NCBI GenBank assembly: GCA_964035545.1 | Contig: CAXIUT010000263.1 | Coordinates: 1-64,000, forward strand | Origin: Bugula neritina | Taxonomy: Eukaryota; Animalia; Bryozoa | Direction: 5' to 3' | Length of the DNA: 64,000 bases | Translations under genes and position numbers: made by a program | Shown here: piece after piece, positions 12,492 through 27,000 of the stretch | Position numbering within the stretch: the first letter of the stretch is position 1 | Layout of the letters: each line of letters begins with the position of its first letter | The notes under the pieces: model-generated | The model's input: only the letters and a program-made list of their open reading frames with translations | Databases searched by the model: none | What the model was told of the DNA's origin: nothing

Positions 12492-13933
12492 ATGATGTCG
12501 TAGTCGTGGTTCGAGTGTCCTATTTGTTTTGTAAAGTTTACTTAGGTTCGTCAGCCGATGATTATTTGCATGTCACAGCATACGGCTTGTAAAGTGTGTA
12601 TTGAGGATATGTTTAAGGGCAAGGATAAGAGTAGTTAGACTATAAATTGTTTTTTATGTCGAACTAGTATATCATATGAAGAAATTAAACCTTTCTATTG
12701 GTTGCAGGAGTTGAATTAAACTAAGAATAGTTTGAGAAGATTTGGGAGTAAAATTATGAGTTTTAGTACTTTGAGTAAAGATGCTGCTCAATTGAATGAA
12801 GAGTTGGTTAAAGAGAAAGCTAAAAATTAGTGGCTTTTGCAATTATTAGATAAACCTAAAGATAAAAATAAATAAATGGAAGATATGATGGTTAGAGTCA
12901 TGAAGAATGCAGTAGAGGAGATAAAAAAATAAAATAAAGAATAAATAAAAATATATCATGATAAGATTTAATAAAATATTGATAGAAGTAGTCAGAAGAC
13001 AAAGGAATTGATATAAAAGAATTAAAGATAGAGAAAGTAGTAAGATAGTAGAGAGAGGAAGAAATAAAGATAAATAATTGAACAAATGGAAGGTAATATA
13101 AATATTAAATTATCAAGTTTAAATAAAAACAACTAAAATTTAAAGTTATAGTTAGGCAATATGAGAACATAAGTAAAATAACTTTAGAAGAATATGATAG
13201 GGATAGTGAGTAACATTGATGATTCTTTGAAAATATTGTTATAAAAATAAAATAAATAACAAATAAAGTAACAACCAAAGAGTCAAAAATAATAGCATAT
13301 TAAATAGTATAAACAACTAAAGATAGATACTATATCTCCTTTGGACCAATAAGAAAACAACATAAAATAGATGAGTGTTGAAGAAAGTAAGGATCAAAGC
13401 GTGATAGACAAAATATCATATTATCAAAACAGGAGTAAAATAAAGGAAATAGATGAAATAAATACTTCAAATATAAAAGTAAAAAAGATCAAAAGAAATA
13501 AATAACAGATGCTGATCTAGTAAAGTAATCAAATTTGAATAAACAACCTTTAATAACACCTTTTAATAACTTCAAAAACAATAAATCTTTTATGACGCCA
13601 ACTAACAAACCAATCTAAAACAAACCTTATAAATAAAAACAAATAACCAATAAAAATATGAATAACAAAGATAAAAATAAGATTAGAAAATAATAAAATA
13701 AAGGATAAGAACATTATAGGATAGCTACTGAACCATTTGGATAATAAAAATTTTATTATGATTTGATTCAACTAAGAAATTAAAGACTCAGACATTCAAT
13801 GGATTCCTATTAGTTTCAAAAATAAATTAAAAAATACAAATATCATAACAATGTCCATGAAGGAAATCTGTCCTATCGAAGTCCATATTAGGTGACTCGT
13901 CAACTAGGAGGAAGAAAAATCAATTTTAGTTGA
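12492..13933 (+). CDS. N-terminal RING finger + coiled-coil protein
   Basis: FECPICFVKF...PMIICMSQHTACKVC...NCFLCRT. A frame change near 13480 needs an intron or an indel. Confidence 0.75.
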
Positions 13934-14021
13934 AGAATGCTCTATATCATATACCTATCAATCTTTTCAACATTATTTAAATATTTATTTAAAGTTATTA
14001 TCTTTATATTGAAGTTGTTAA

Positions 14022-14279
14022 ATGACTTCAATCGATCAAAAAGAGCCAAAAGGTATCACATTGATGGTTCAGCCATAAAGAAAGAATACGGAGGATCAAC
14101 AGGGCGTGCATAGGAGTGAGAAGAGAAAGGAGTATCCTGGTTTTTATCTGATAGATGGAGAGTATTCTAGTGAGTAGTATGATAGAAAAACAATAAGGTT
14201 TAATACTAAAAATAAATTGCATTTTGACTAGATTGCGAATAACTTAAACTAGGTGCTCAAAATGTTTGGAAAATAATGA
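14022..14279 (+). CDS. Small hypothetical protein (~78 aa)
   Basis: The ATG-TGA frame is restored by a 20-nt intron at 14053-14072 that contains the only TGA. Confidence 0.55.
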
Positions 14280-14513
14280 TTCAATATTAACTATATCTTC
14301 AAATAGTTCATTATTAAATAGTTATCTACTTAATATTTAGGAAATTACAAGAATAAGTTGATATTATTTGATAGCGAATCACTATAACTTTGATAGTTTG
14401 ATAAAATAAAGGGATTTATTTTATTTTGATTGAGATTTTACAAATAGTGATAGTTATATAGAATGATAGTTGATATATTTTAGAATAATGAGTTGATGAT
14501 GATTGATGGATAT

Positions 14514-16184
14514 TCAGATCACTGTTTTTTTTACTACTTATTAGCAATTTTAATAATATTTGAATATTTTTTAATATTTTCTTATTTACAATCTCATAAG
14601 TGCCTATAAATTACTTTTCCAAGTATAATTTTAGCAATCAACTCTTTTTTTGATCTTTTCTAACTCTTCTAATTTCGACTCTTAGAGAATCAAGCTATCA
14701 TTAAGTTTTCTTTATTAAAGAGATCCAATAAAGTTGACATTATGATTGGAACAGTTGCTATTGATGAATTATTAATTAAGATACTATTATTGAAATTTGC
14801 TGAATCCCATTTTAGGCAGGTTAATAAAAAACAATATAATCTGCTATATGCTTTTTGTTTTACAGTAACCTTTGTTTTTTAATTATTATTATATTTTCTA
14901 CCAATCTTCATTATATTTATCAATCAATTCCAACAAATACAATATCTATTCAAGTTTCCATTCATCTGTATTCAAATGTGTTATGTATTCTTCTATCAGA
15001 TTTTTCATTTATTCTTTTTTGTATAAATTTTATTATTCTTGCATGTAACTTTTTTATTATTAGTTATTTTATTTAGCAGATTATGAGAGTTAATCTTACC
15101 CTTATCTTCTTTTTTTATCTTTTCTTCTTTTTTATTTTTTTTCTTTTTGAATGGCTCCAGCTTGTCATTCACTCCTACCTTTTTGAAATCATGATGAGTT
15201 AAAAGCAAAGGAAAATGATTCTCGCAATAACATCTTATGCATAGTATATACTAGTATTATTTTTGAGATAAAGGGGGATTCTTGGAATTCACATTCTTCA
15301 TTATATTGTTGAATTCCTTAGAATCGAGACTTCTATTATGTTGGAACCAAATAATACCGCAATGAGTGCGGCAGTAATCGCAATAAGGACGAATTTAGAC
15401 AGTCAACTTCTTCAGTAGTTCATTTTGATTTGCATCTAAAAGAGGTTTGTTTAAAGTTGAAGGCAAGAATGTTTTTTTGTTGTTTTATTTTTTGAAGATA
15501 TGGGAGCAAGGGTTAGATCTGCTAGTGAAATTGAGATGCTAGGTATTGATGACTCCTATTTTAGTTAAAAACAGATGTAGTTTCATGATCCAGAAGGCTT
15601 CGGTGGATATATATTTTCTTAAAATACTGGCGGATAGGTATTTTCTTTCTATGTAGGTGATAAAATACCTGGTAGATACTAGTTGAGGTAGAGGTTGACA
15701 ACAAAATTTCTATGTTTGAGGTAAAGTTGTAGATATTAAGAAAGTTAATTTCTTTCTTCAACTTCTTCAACAGTGATAGACCATTTTTAACTAAGCCACT
15801 CTGCAATCTAATTACTTTATATCTCATGTATTTTATTTAGATCAAACCACTACAATAGAATTTTGCAGCTCAAAGGTGTCTAGTATCTCTTTTGATCAAC
15901 ACTTTACTTGTCATAATTGTTGATTGACTGTCTATGAAAAACAAGAGTTGTTTCTTGATTATGAGATAAATACTTTTGAAGGTGGGTTTGGTTTATTTTG
16001 ATGAGATGGTTAGTTGTTGAGGATGGCTGTTGATGGAATGGTGGGAATGTGATTGCGGAGGCACAATGGTTTATAGTTTATTTATTAGCTAGACTCCTTA
16101 GACAAGAGAGTATCCGTTGGGAGTTTACATTAGGTTCAAGATAAAGGAACTTCTTTTTGTTCTTAATTGCCGCTCAATATTCAT
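14514..16184 (-). CDS. SWI3/SMARCC-like SWI/SNF subunit (SWIRM + SANT)
   Basis: SWIRM: EWFDLNKIHEIE...YLKHRNFVVNLY...KYLSAS...IMKLHLFLTKIGVIN. Also a CDYC zinc motif and a SANT segment WKLEEILYLLELIDKYNEDWEKI. Confidence 0.85.
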
Positions 16185-16485
16185 TAAAAATTAATATTAT
16201 TGAATTTAAAAAGATATTGAATTGAGATATCTATATCTACTTCATTAAATATTAAATTAACTATGATTCATAAAAATAAACTTCTATTAATATTCCCACA
16301 AATTTTATCAAATATCGATGTTGAAGAAGTGATATCATAAAAATAGAAGTAGAAACTATAATCAATAACTTATTATATTAATATTAAAAAATGTATGAGC
16401 TATTATACTGAACTTATTTTGAGTTCTATGGTTGATTATTTATTTATAATTAGAAATAAAGGCGATAATATTGTTGTTTATAAAG

Positions 16486-17852
16486 ATGAAATCAGAGATC
16501 TTACTACTACTAACCATTACTAACATACTATGTCTCCAGCACATCCACGAAGTAGCTATTATTGGAGCAGGTATGTCAGGCATAAGTGCATCTAAAGTAC
16601 TATCTGATCATGGAATACCTCATCTGATGATCGAGGCACGAGATAGAATCGGTGGGAGGATTCATGCAGGCTAATTTGAAGGTCTAACTTTTGATTTCGG
16701 TGCTTCATATATTCACAGTCCCAATCGATCTTGTCCTATGATAGATCTGATGAAAGAGATGAATTGGACAGCAATATCGGGCCGTTTCGAATCTGAAGAC
16801 TACTTCTATGACAGTCCTCATCCAGTAGCTGATAGCTATAAGTAAATCACATAGATCTTTATCGATCAAATGAATGCACATATTCTGTTAAAGGCTCAAT
16901 CGTCAAAACATGATCTTTCTGTGGGATAGGCAGCTAAAGGGTTTTTCTAGCATATCATGGACAAATAAAAACAAATCTATCAGGATTTTTTGTATTGGAA
17001 TTTGCAGAGTTATGCGAATGTGGAGGGAACTGAGCTGGATCAGGTTTCAGCAAGACAGTTGCAGTATGATTAGACTGATTATGATATGATGCCTACTGGT
17101 GGCTATTGGAGATTTATTCGAGCTATATTTTAGAAATGCAAACCAGATCTTAGATTGAATTAGAAGGTTATTTAAGTAGATTATAGTCGAAAAGTAGTGA
17201 AGATAGTTACATCAAAAGGAATTCACTATGCTAAAAAAGTTATATCTAGTCTGCCTTTGAAAATAATGCAACTTAATCTTGTCAAATTCACGCCTGAACT
17301 TCAAAATCCTTACTCTACCGCCATTTTTAACCTGGGCTTGGGAACTTAGAATAAATTATTTGTCAGCTTCTAAGAACCTTTCTGGAATCCTAAGGTTTAG
17401 TGGTTGAACTTTATAGGCAAAAACAAGAAAAGAACTCTATTCTCAGTCGCACAAAATTTTCAACGAAAAACAAACATATCCTTTTGTTCTTTGTAGCTGG
17501 AAATGATAACCATGTCCTAGATATGCTCACAGAATAGTAGATAAAAGACAAAGTACAATAGTTTTTGATTCCTTTCACCTTGAAGCCTCCAGTTATCCGA
17601 TCAGCTTATGTTACGAGATGGCATCGTGATGAGTTCAGTCTAGGAGCCTATTCTTACTATCAAGTTGGAGGTTCTAGGCTTTAGGTGCAAAAGTTGCGTA
17701 GACCTTTGCAAGATAAGATATGGTTTGTGGGTGAGCATACTCATCCTGACTTTAAATCTCTAACTCAGGGAGCTTTTATCACTGGAAAAGAAGCTGCAGA
17801 ACAGATAATAGACCAGGAACGTGCCCGACTAAAGATGAGGTTCTTCTAATGA
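16486..17852 (+). CDS. Secreted flavin-dependent amine oxidase, copy 1 (single frameshift at ~17460)
   Basis: Signal peptide; [44 protein letters not shown] and FVGEHT...TQGAFITG motifs. Confidence 0.88.
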
Positions 17853-18228
17853 TGTTCGATGACCTTATTTAATATTCTAATTGAGATATCACTATGATAA
17901 TTTAGCATTTATATTAAAGATGAAACTACTGATTTTATAAATTCAGAGTTTCTAGAATAACAAAATATTTCAAAAATATAATTTTCTCTAGATCAAATGA
18001 TATCGAAATAAAATTCTAATATTTATTGATACTGGTAATAATTTTATTTTATCTTAATCATTCACCATAATTTTTCAAAGCATTTTTTTTTATTTTTATT
18101 CCAAACCAGCACATCCGCTCATTCCACTATCTCACAATCTCTCTTCCATATAAGCAGGCAAAATCATTTTATATTGTAACGAATGAGTCAAATGTTTTAT
18201 ATTTTTATTGAGTTTCAACTATAAAGCC

Positions 18229-19716
18229 ATGTATCGTACATATCTTCTCCTGTTTTTAGTGCTAGCAACACTAGCAGTCAAACTCGATTAAGTACATGAT
18301 GTTATCATTATTGGAGCTGGTATTGCTGGCCTCTCAGCTGCAAAGAAACTTAGCTAAAACAAAGTTGATTATCTCATACTCGAAGGAAGAAACAGAATTG
18401 GTGGCAGAATTCATACTGTGCCTTTTTAGGGAGGGGAAGTTGACCTTGGAGCTTCATATCTACACGTCAGTTCGACTACATAGCTGAGCAACATTCTGAA
18501 TAGTATCAATGGAAGGCTAAATATGGATTCATCAGATGAGCACTATCTTTATGAAGGACAGTCAGAATCAATAGGTTCAGATATTTAAGAGCAGGCTAGT
18601 GATGTCCACAACCAATATTTATAAAAAGTAGTGCATAATGGGTATGCAGCTAAGACAGATCTTTCGGTCAAATAGGCAGGAAGTTCATTTTACCATAACG
18701 TAATTCTTAATAAATCTCCAGCTGTGAGAGATACAGCCAAGTGGAAAGCAGATATCGACGCAAATGATGAAGGAGCCTAACTATATCAACTTTCAGCTAG
18801 ATAGACAGATGTTGACTAAAGTATCTAAGATTATCTTCCTTAAGGAGGATATGCTAAACTTATGAAATATATTAAATAAAAATGCAAAGGAAGTTTACAC
18901 CTCAATGAAGCTGTCACCAAGGTCGACTACTCCGGACGGTATATTGTAGTTTATACTAATAAAAAGAAAGCATATAAAACTAAAAGACTGATTTCTAGTC
19001 TTCCGATAGGGGTTCTTAAGGCGAATACAGTTAAATTTGTGCCTGCCATACCTGCGTCAAAGTCCAAGATAATATAGAAGATGGGAGTGGGGGTAATGAA
19101 TAAGCTATATGTGAGTTTTTAGCAGCGTTTATGGGGAGAGAAGAAGGGCTGGATTAACTTTGTGACTAAAAGTTCATAACTAAATAAATATCCGATAGGT
19201 TTAGTCGTCAATATTCCCAATAAGAACGTGGTTTGTTTCTTTCTTTCCGGAACTAATAGTAAAATGGTAGAGCAAATGGGCTAGAGGTAGAGAAAGCTGG
19301 ATATTGAATATCATATGAAGAAATTCTTTAAAATAGAAGAGCTAAAAATAAATAATATGATTATTACTAAATGGGATTAGGATTAGTATTCTAGAGGATC
19401 TTATTCTTTTTATAAGGTCGGACAGGCTGATAGCGATATGATCTAGTTGAGACATCCCATCGACTAGAGCATATGGTTTGTTGGAGAACACACGCATCCT
19501 GTTGATTCTTCGATGACCCAAGGAGCCTTTCAGACTGGACAGTGGGCAGCATAATAAATACTGCAAAGTTTAGGAATCAAAACCAAAGATTAAGGAAAAC
19601 ATGATCCAACCTATAAATAAAAAACATCTTCAAGCAGTTCAAGCAGTAGTTCATCATAATAGAGTTCATCATCTTCCAGTTAGTCATCTTCAAGCTAATA
19701 ATCTTCAAGTAGTTGA
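18229..19716 (+). CDS. Secreted flavin-dependent amine oxidase, copy 2, Ser-rich tail
   Basis: Signal peptide; IIGAGIAGLSAA, EGRNRIGGR, DLGASYLH, WDEDEYSRGSYSF and FVGEHT...TQGAFQTGQWAAEEI motifs. Confidence 0.9.
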
Positions 19717-19809
19717 CAGTCATGATTATTATTATCATTCAATATAATTCAAAATAACTCAATATAATTCAATATAATTATTTTTATAGGATATTTACGA
19801 TTGACGATA

Positions 19810-22800
19810 TCATCTTCTAGGAGGTGCAGGAGGCGGTTGTCTTCTGGTGGGTGGAGTAGGTGGTGGTTGTTTCTTGACTGGAGGTTCTCTATATTCTTGT
19901 TCTTGTTTTGGAGGAATATACTCTGTCTTCACCTTTTGCTCTTCAACCTTTGGAGGCATAGGTCTCTTTGGTGGTGGTGGCTGTTGCTGAGGAACATATT
20001 ACTCTTTAGTTGGTATGTTGTCAGGCTATGGCACTACTACTTTGCTATGAGGAGGAGGTGGAGTAATTTTCTTTCTAGATGGCGGAGGAGGTGGTTGAGT
20101 CCTTTCCTATTCTTGATAGGTATCAGATTGTTCATGTTTCGAAATAGGAGGAGGTGGCGGTTGGTGAGTTTGTTTTTTTGGTGTCTAAATATAAAAATAA
20201 ATACCAGTACTGGTACTTTTTTCTCATATATTTGAGGTTAAGGAGGCAAGGATGGCATTTTCTTTTCGTATTTAGGTTATTCTTGTTGATGAGTTTGAGG
20301 AGGTGGTGGTGGAGGTTGATTTACTTTCTTTGGCGGGGGTGTTATTGTTTTCGGAGGAGGAACTTGAACAATCTATTGTTATTATTCTTATTCTTTTTGT
20401 TGAATTTTTTGTTTCTTTACAGGCGCTGGTGGAGGAGGAGGATTATTCAAGTTCTTTTTAACTGTTGGAGGCTGTTTTTCCACTACTTGTTGTTTAACTA
20501 CAGGTGCGTCATAAGGTGAAAATCCTGCTCTTGAATCATCTTATTTCTTTTTACTGACAACTGGAGGAGGTGGTGGTGGCGCAGGTATATTACTTCTGCT
20601 TGTTTGTTCTTCCTCTTGATAGATTTGTTTCTTCCCTTTATTCTTTTCCTGTCCTTGAACTTGTCCTCCCTTGACTTTTTTTTCAACTTTTTTAGGTTGC
20701 ATAACTGGTAAGACCATGGCTTTATATCCTACACTTCCCTTATACTTTTCCAACTACTTATTACTATTAACAAGCAAATCGATTGTTTTGGTACTATTTG
20801 GTAACTTTACAGCAATAGTATGAGCAATGACTGCCTCTCCCTACTCAATAGCTATAAACATCGATTCTCTTAACATTCTATTATACACTTTACAGTTATC
20901 GATTTATACTGTCATTCCATCAAAGATGGTTACTAATCTACGAGTATATTCAATAACAGCTAGTTTTCTTTAATAGGTTCCAGAACGATAAGTTTTGAGG
21001 CTTTTTGAATATATTTATGCTATTTTTTAGAAATCTTGAGCAAGGACATAACATATGATAGGTGGATATGTTTCAGCTACCAATTATCCATTTTAAAGGT
21101 CCTAGTTTTATTTAACTAATCTCTGAGCCAGTAATCTCAATAATTGTGGTCTTTTATCTGAAGAACTGATAGAATAAATCAAAGCTACACACTATTTCCA
21201 CTGACTCAAGTCGTATTTATTAATCAACTATACTGGATCTTTATAGGCGATACATTTTAAAACATCAGTTATGAAGTTGTCAGTAGTTTAAGTGAAAAAA
21301 GTTTTTAGAGTAGTGTTGAATAAGTTCTGATCAACTGAGTAAGCTATTATTAAAGCCTATGCTGTCCTTCCGCATTTCAAAGCAGCATCAATTGCACCTT
21401 AATAGTTGCCAATTAAAATGCTTTGCTTTACTAGTCGTTCTTTTCCTTTATTCCAGTTAAAATTTCTAGGTACCATGTCATATCTAACTTCACCCTACGA
21501 ATCAACCTATTCTTATTTGTTGACTTCAGCTGTCTTGCTACCGATATTACTCCAAAAATCTTATGCTACTCGACCATGCATATTAGTGTATTTTGGTCTA
21601 ACTGTCCTTTCTTTAGATGATTTTGAACCAATAGCAAATCCACGGCTAATACCGGTATACTACTCAACCTGTTTAACTATTTTCTCTTTACTCACACCCA
21701 AATACTAGTAAATACCGCTATCAGCTTAAGTAGAACTTTTAGCTTTCATCAAGTTGCTTAGCTCAGATTCCAAATCTTTCTCATCAAACACTTTTTATAA
21801 AACATGCCCTAAAGCCTACAATTATCCCTTCAGTTCATCATTCTTTGACTTCTTTGTCACTTTAGATTCGAAGAGTACTGATCCTCTTTCCTCAGAGTAA
21901 GTTATAGCAGTTTGTGAGCCATGAAAAGACGATGATACTGGTACTTTATACCATTTAGGAACATAGCCGAACAAGTTGTCACTTAATGTATATATAGACG
22001 TTTTTTACTAGTTACTAACTGCATAAATGGATGGCAATTTTTTGGACCACTTAACGGCAAAGACTTCTCCATCGATGGTTCCTTAACTCAATGGAGTTTA
22101 TTCTTGAGTATAGTTCCAGCAGGCAAGTTTACTATCTCTACTGGTGGTCAGGATAAGTTAAGGATCGGTTTAGCACCAGTCCATTCCATTGATTCCTTTG
22201 GTATGAACTCTATCGATGACGATAACAGGTCCTTTTTGATTTCTTAGATCCCAAATTTGTAACTAATTTCTTTTTTAGTCATCAAGAGTAACAGCTATTT
22301 GAGTAGATATTGACTTGCTCCAACAAATAACTACGTTTCTTTATCCAGATGAAATTCCACTATCTTTGAACTGGAAGATAGAGTTATTAGTTTTTATGTC
22401 CCATAAAGCAACTTGACCATTCTAGCTAGCTGAGGCCAATATATGAGAAACCTATTTATTCCATGATACAGAAGTAACATAACTGTTTAGATGAGGATTC
22501 TTCTTGCTGAATTTGATCAGTTGTGGATCTGATGGATTTTTACCAGTATTCAATAAGAGTACTTCTCGACCACCGAGGGCTAAAAAGTTGTTGCGGAGAC
22601 TATTCCACTAACAACACATAATTGGAAATTGATCCTATTCTGGCTCTTCATCATAGACAAGACAAGTTTGATTCTAAAGAACTTCAACAGACGGTTCTAA
22701 TTAAGGAGAATAAGTAGCTATCATTTCAGTTGGATTCCATAGACGATAAGAGCCATCATCCATGCCAGTGAAAATCAAACCATTGGGATGTGTGTCTATA

Positions 22801-23046
22801 TTTGAATATCAGTGTACTTTATTTTTATCCGTAGTTGTCCCAGCCGATGCATCTGAAGGGGGAGGCGGTTAAGCCTGAGCCAACGACATTGATTTTTTTG
22901 GATCTTTATTGGAGATCGATTTAGAGGATATCAAGAGAGTAGAATCCGTTGTTTTCGTTCAGATTGGCGGATGCTAGTAATTCTGAGTGGTTTTTGGAGT
23001 TAGACCAGGCTATGTATCCTGGTTTGTCGTATGATTTGATCTACAT
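19810..23046 (-). CDS. SEC31: COPII outer-coat protein Sec31
   Basis: N-terminus MEIKSYDKPGYIAWS, WD40 repeats (WDLRNQKGP..., MDWCETDPELILT..RD), an ACE1-like helical region and a Pro-rich C-terminal region. Confidence 0.85.
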
Positions 23047-23129
23047 TTAATTAATTCAAAACACGTAATTATCATTCAAATTAAGTTATACTCAAATATT
23101 AAAAAAGGCAAAGAATACTCCCATTAATA

Positions 23130-24027
23130 AGACCACCGTGGCTGATATGCCAGACCTGATCATATCCTATCACATCATTGAAATATATAATACCAAAATG
23201 ATAACTAAATGATAAATAAACCATTCATTTTTTTTATCCTTTAGATGACACAACACTGAGATACTTCTTTTTCTTTTTTCCTTAGGATTTAAACCTCGAC
23301 ATCAACTCTGATTTCATATCGATGTTCGATTGCCACATATTGATGTGACTCTATTCTTGAAGCTTTGTTTGAGGGGATACTGATTGATGCATATATCTGT
23401 TAACTTGTGAGTTGTTTTGGAATTATGTTAATTGAGATGGGAGTTAGTTTATTTTGGATGGAAATTCGTTTATTTGGGATGGAAATTTGTTGTTAATTGT
23501 ATCGTTTTGGGGGATTGTTTTTTGAATGAGATCTCGCGTTTGTGATTAGAAAGGGATTCATGGCGAGGTTGGTAGTTTGAGTTGTATAATTTTTAGTTTG
23601 TTTTTTGGTTGAAGTATACATCTCTTGCTAATTTTTACTTATTTTCAGGAGAAAGTATTCTCGTCTGATACACTTTGCTCTCCTCAAGATTATCTTGTCT
23701 TTTTACGTAGCATTCAGAAGTTGTTCGACTATTATTAGCTGTTTTACTAAAAGATCCTTTTCGATTTAGTACCTCAACTGCTCGATCGATAGCTCTATTT
23801 TTAATCACATCATTTTGATTTCTTCTCTATTTCTCTCCTCTCTGTTCTAGCTTCATTTTAAGCATTCTATTTTATGACTTCAATGCGCTCATTTGATCTT
23901 TCATCTACCGATTGCTTCTATCTTTTAGTGCCAAATTAGCCTACAACTAAGCCAGCTGTCTCATTCTTCTAACGTTTCCTTCAAGTTATTGAGTCAAGTA
24001 GGAACAGGCTACATATTTCTTTTTCAT
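23130..24027 (-). CDS. Coiled-coil hypothetical protein (3' end approximate)
   Basis: Open frame from MKKKYVACSYLTQELEGNVRRMRQL..., E/K-rich. Confidence 0.55.
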
Positions 24028-24058
24028 AATAATAAAAATTAGTATAATACTTCTTTTA

Positions 24059-27000
24059 TCAAATAAAAATCATATAACTATTAACGCCTATCTCAATGAT
24101 CCACTGATAAATCCTTACCCTAAGAACATCAATAACTCCTAGGTCAATCCTATAAAATCATCAACCGTTTCTTTCTAATATGCTTATTTGTAGCCTTTCC
24201 ACTAGGCAAGTATTCCACTTTTATGGATGTATTCCTAGATAGAAGTTAATCTTTTGAAATAATCGAATAATCTGATTTAAAAGTCACCATCAGATAGTCT
24301 ATTTTTTAATATTTTTGTTACATCGATTCTATCATCAGATAAATGTGGCATTTTACTTATGATTTATAGATAACTTGATGCGCTTTGAGGAGATAGATCT
24401 GATAGAATAGGATAGAGATACATTTTCAACATTTTGAGCAAGTTGTCATCGTTATTTATATGCATTAGTTTTGGACCTACCATCTGAGATATCTATCTTA
24501 GTTTTTGTCGATTTTGTTGCAACTAGTAGCATCTGACCATCATCTAGTAACATTCAGTTAGTTCGTCTTAGCAAGTTGTCAAATCTAGACCTTATAGTAT
24601 CTATAAGGCTTTTGATATTTATATGGCACTCATTGATATTTAGTTTTGATTGAGATGTAGTAGTCCTAGTTTAAGCAAAATGGATGCAAATTCTAAATTA
24701 TCAACACAACTATTTTGCTACAATATTTTTCTGGCTTTACTGAGATGTCCAAAAGCCTATTCTGATCGATTATTTTTCAAATAATGAAGAGCTAGATAGT
24801 AGTAGCTCTATGCTGTTTTTCTATGTTGAGTACCGCATAGAGAAAGGATATTGACTAATGAACTTTTGGCAAAGGTGGTGGCATCTTCTAAATGTCCATT
24901 GCTACTGTGATAAGCTGAAAAGAGATCGTACAGCTATGAGAAGACAGGGTGGTACTATCCATAGTATTTGGTTGTTATTTTTATGAAATTATCGCAGCGT
25001 GAGAGATACAACTATTTGGATTGTTGTTTTAGGAGCCATTTGATTTATATCATTCTTACCTAGAATTATATTTTTGATGGTTTTTGCTAGTTGCAGTTGA
25101 ATATTTGTAAAAAAGGATGTGACTATTTTTATTATGGATTAGTAAAGTATGATAAATATTTACGAATTTATGGAATAAGTGGTTAAATATGACTAGGTAT
25201 GGCTGCTGTTTTTAAATCTAGGAGTTATACAAGTTGATTATAACCTTATTATGAATATTATTTTGTTAGTATTGATAATACCTTTTGGAAGAGTTTGTTA
25301 TAGAGTGAAGGATAGATCTTCTTATTGTATTTTATTCCTTTTAAATTGGCCTAATTGAAAACACTATTAGATCTGAACACTTAATCAGGAACAACTCGGT
25401 CCCATATCACCTATAATCCACAATTTTATATCAAAGCTATCAAAAAATATCCCTTCTTTATCTTCTAAAACTCCAAAACAACTCCAAAATATGTATGGCA
25501 GTGCTATGATATCAACTTCCATACAGTGGCTGTCTAGTAACTGGCACCAACTAGACAGTTAAAGAAATCAATGGCTTTCACTAAGATATCTTTTTAAGTT
25601 AGTGACTATTATAGAGTTAGATCTTATAGTGTTTTTCTGAAGAGAGTTTTACAGCACCTAGCAGCCATTTCACTCATTATACATTATTTTTGGCAGTCAA
25701 CATGAAGATATTGATACAAATGACCCAAATACCTGATATTGATTCCTCTATTATGCATATAGTTACTGATTTATTTAGAATTAAAAAAATACACCTAAAG
25801 GTTATCAATCTATTTTATTGCTTATGATATTGACTTTAATACATTTTTAGAAAATAACTATAATTCATTACTACTTCTATTGTCTTTTTTATTTCTTTTA
25901 TCTAATGATTTTATTGGCTCAGTAGCATATATCTATATTAGCTACTTTCTTAAAAGAGCCAACCCGATTTAAGAACTGGCAGCCATATCGAAAGAAGATA
26001 GTTATCGATTTACTGGATAAAAAAGTAATCAAATAAGTTGTTTTTTTAATTATTTTATTTAAATTGGTTGTAGTATAGACTGTCTAGTTGAATTATACAT
26101 TTTTTATTTATAAAATTATTTGATATTTTACCATTTTGTTATAACTTTATCAATTTCTACTAAATATCCCAATTAGAACTGATCTACCTTCCTTTTGCAC
26201 TTGCTCGAAATAAACCTAAAAACCCTCTCACCTATATCAAACCTATCAAAGGAACTTTTAACTTATCTTCACCCAGATATTAGTATAGAGTTTGATAGTT
26301 GTTATATTAATTTTGTAAATTTTTTATACCATCTTTGCTGCAGACTTTCTCATTACTACTCCAGCTGTTAGGTTGGACTAACTCGATTCCAGCTACTTTG
26401 ACTTAAAGATCATTGATTTAGTAATACCTGATACCTTATTTAACTCCCATTGGAGGATATTTTGGTTGTCGAATGGTCGACCCATCTACCTCACCAACTC
26501 CAACATCAACTACTATATATAACTCATATATTCTTAAAATATCTATTCGCCCTCTGTGATATACTTGTAAGTCCAAGGTATTTCTTTGATAGAATAGTTT
26601 TATGCCCTGATAGATTGGTATTTCTACTTGCTATCATACTATTTGGTAGGTTGATATTTTTATTATTCTACGATTACTTTATCGATAAAAGTGTCAGGTA
26701 AGTATGACAGTTGACTACTTTATCTTTTACCTGATCTATTCGACTAATTATATCTATTATACTAATTATTTTTATCATTTTTAACTTCTTATTTTTCTTA
26801 ACTCTTTTTATTATTTTGATGATTTTGAGTATTCGACTGTCTGACTAATCGACTAGTTCTCTCATAATACTGTTTATCTTTATAGCTATTGATACTATTG
26901 ACATATTTTTAGTTGTTTAATTGTTAATGAATCTATTTTTATTGAATAACCATTGCATTATTGGTATTGCATTATGATTTATTGCTGATATTTTCTTGAG

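Noticed and set aside
13470-13540. TGA readthrough or programmed frameshift in the RING/coiled-coil gene
   Set aside because: It can be explained by a 17-nt GT..AG intron (13479-13495) or a poly-A indel, and cannot be resolved without RNA-seq.
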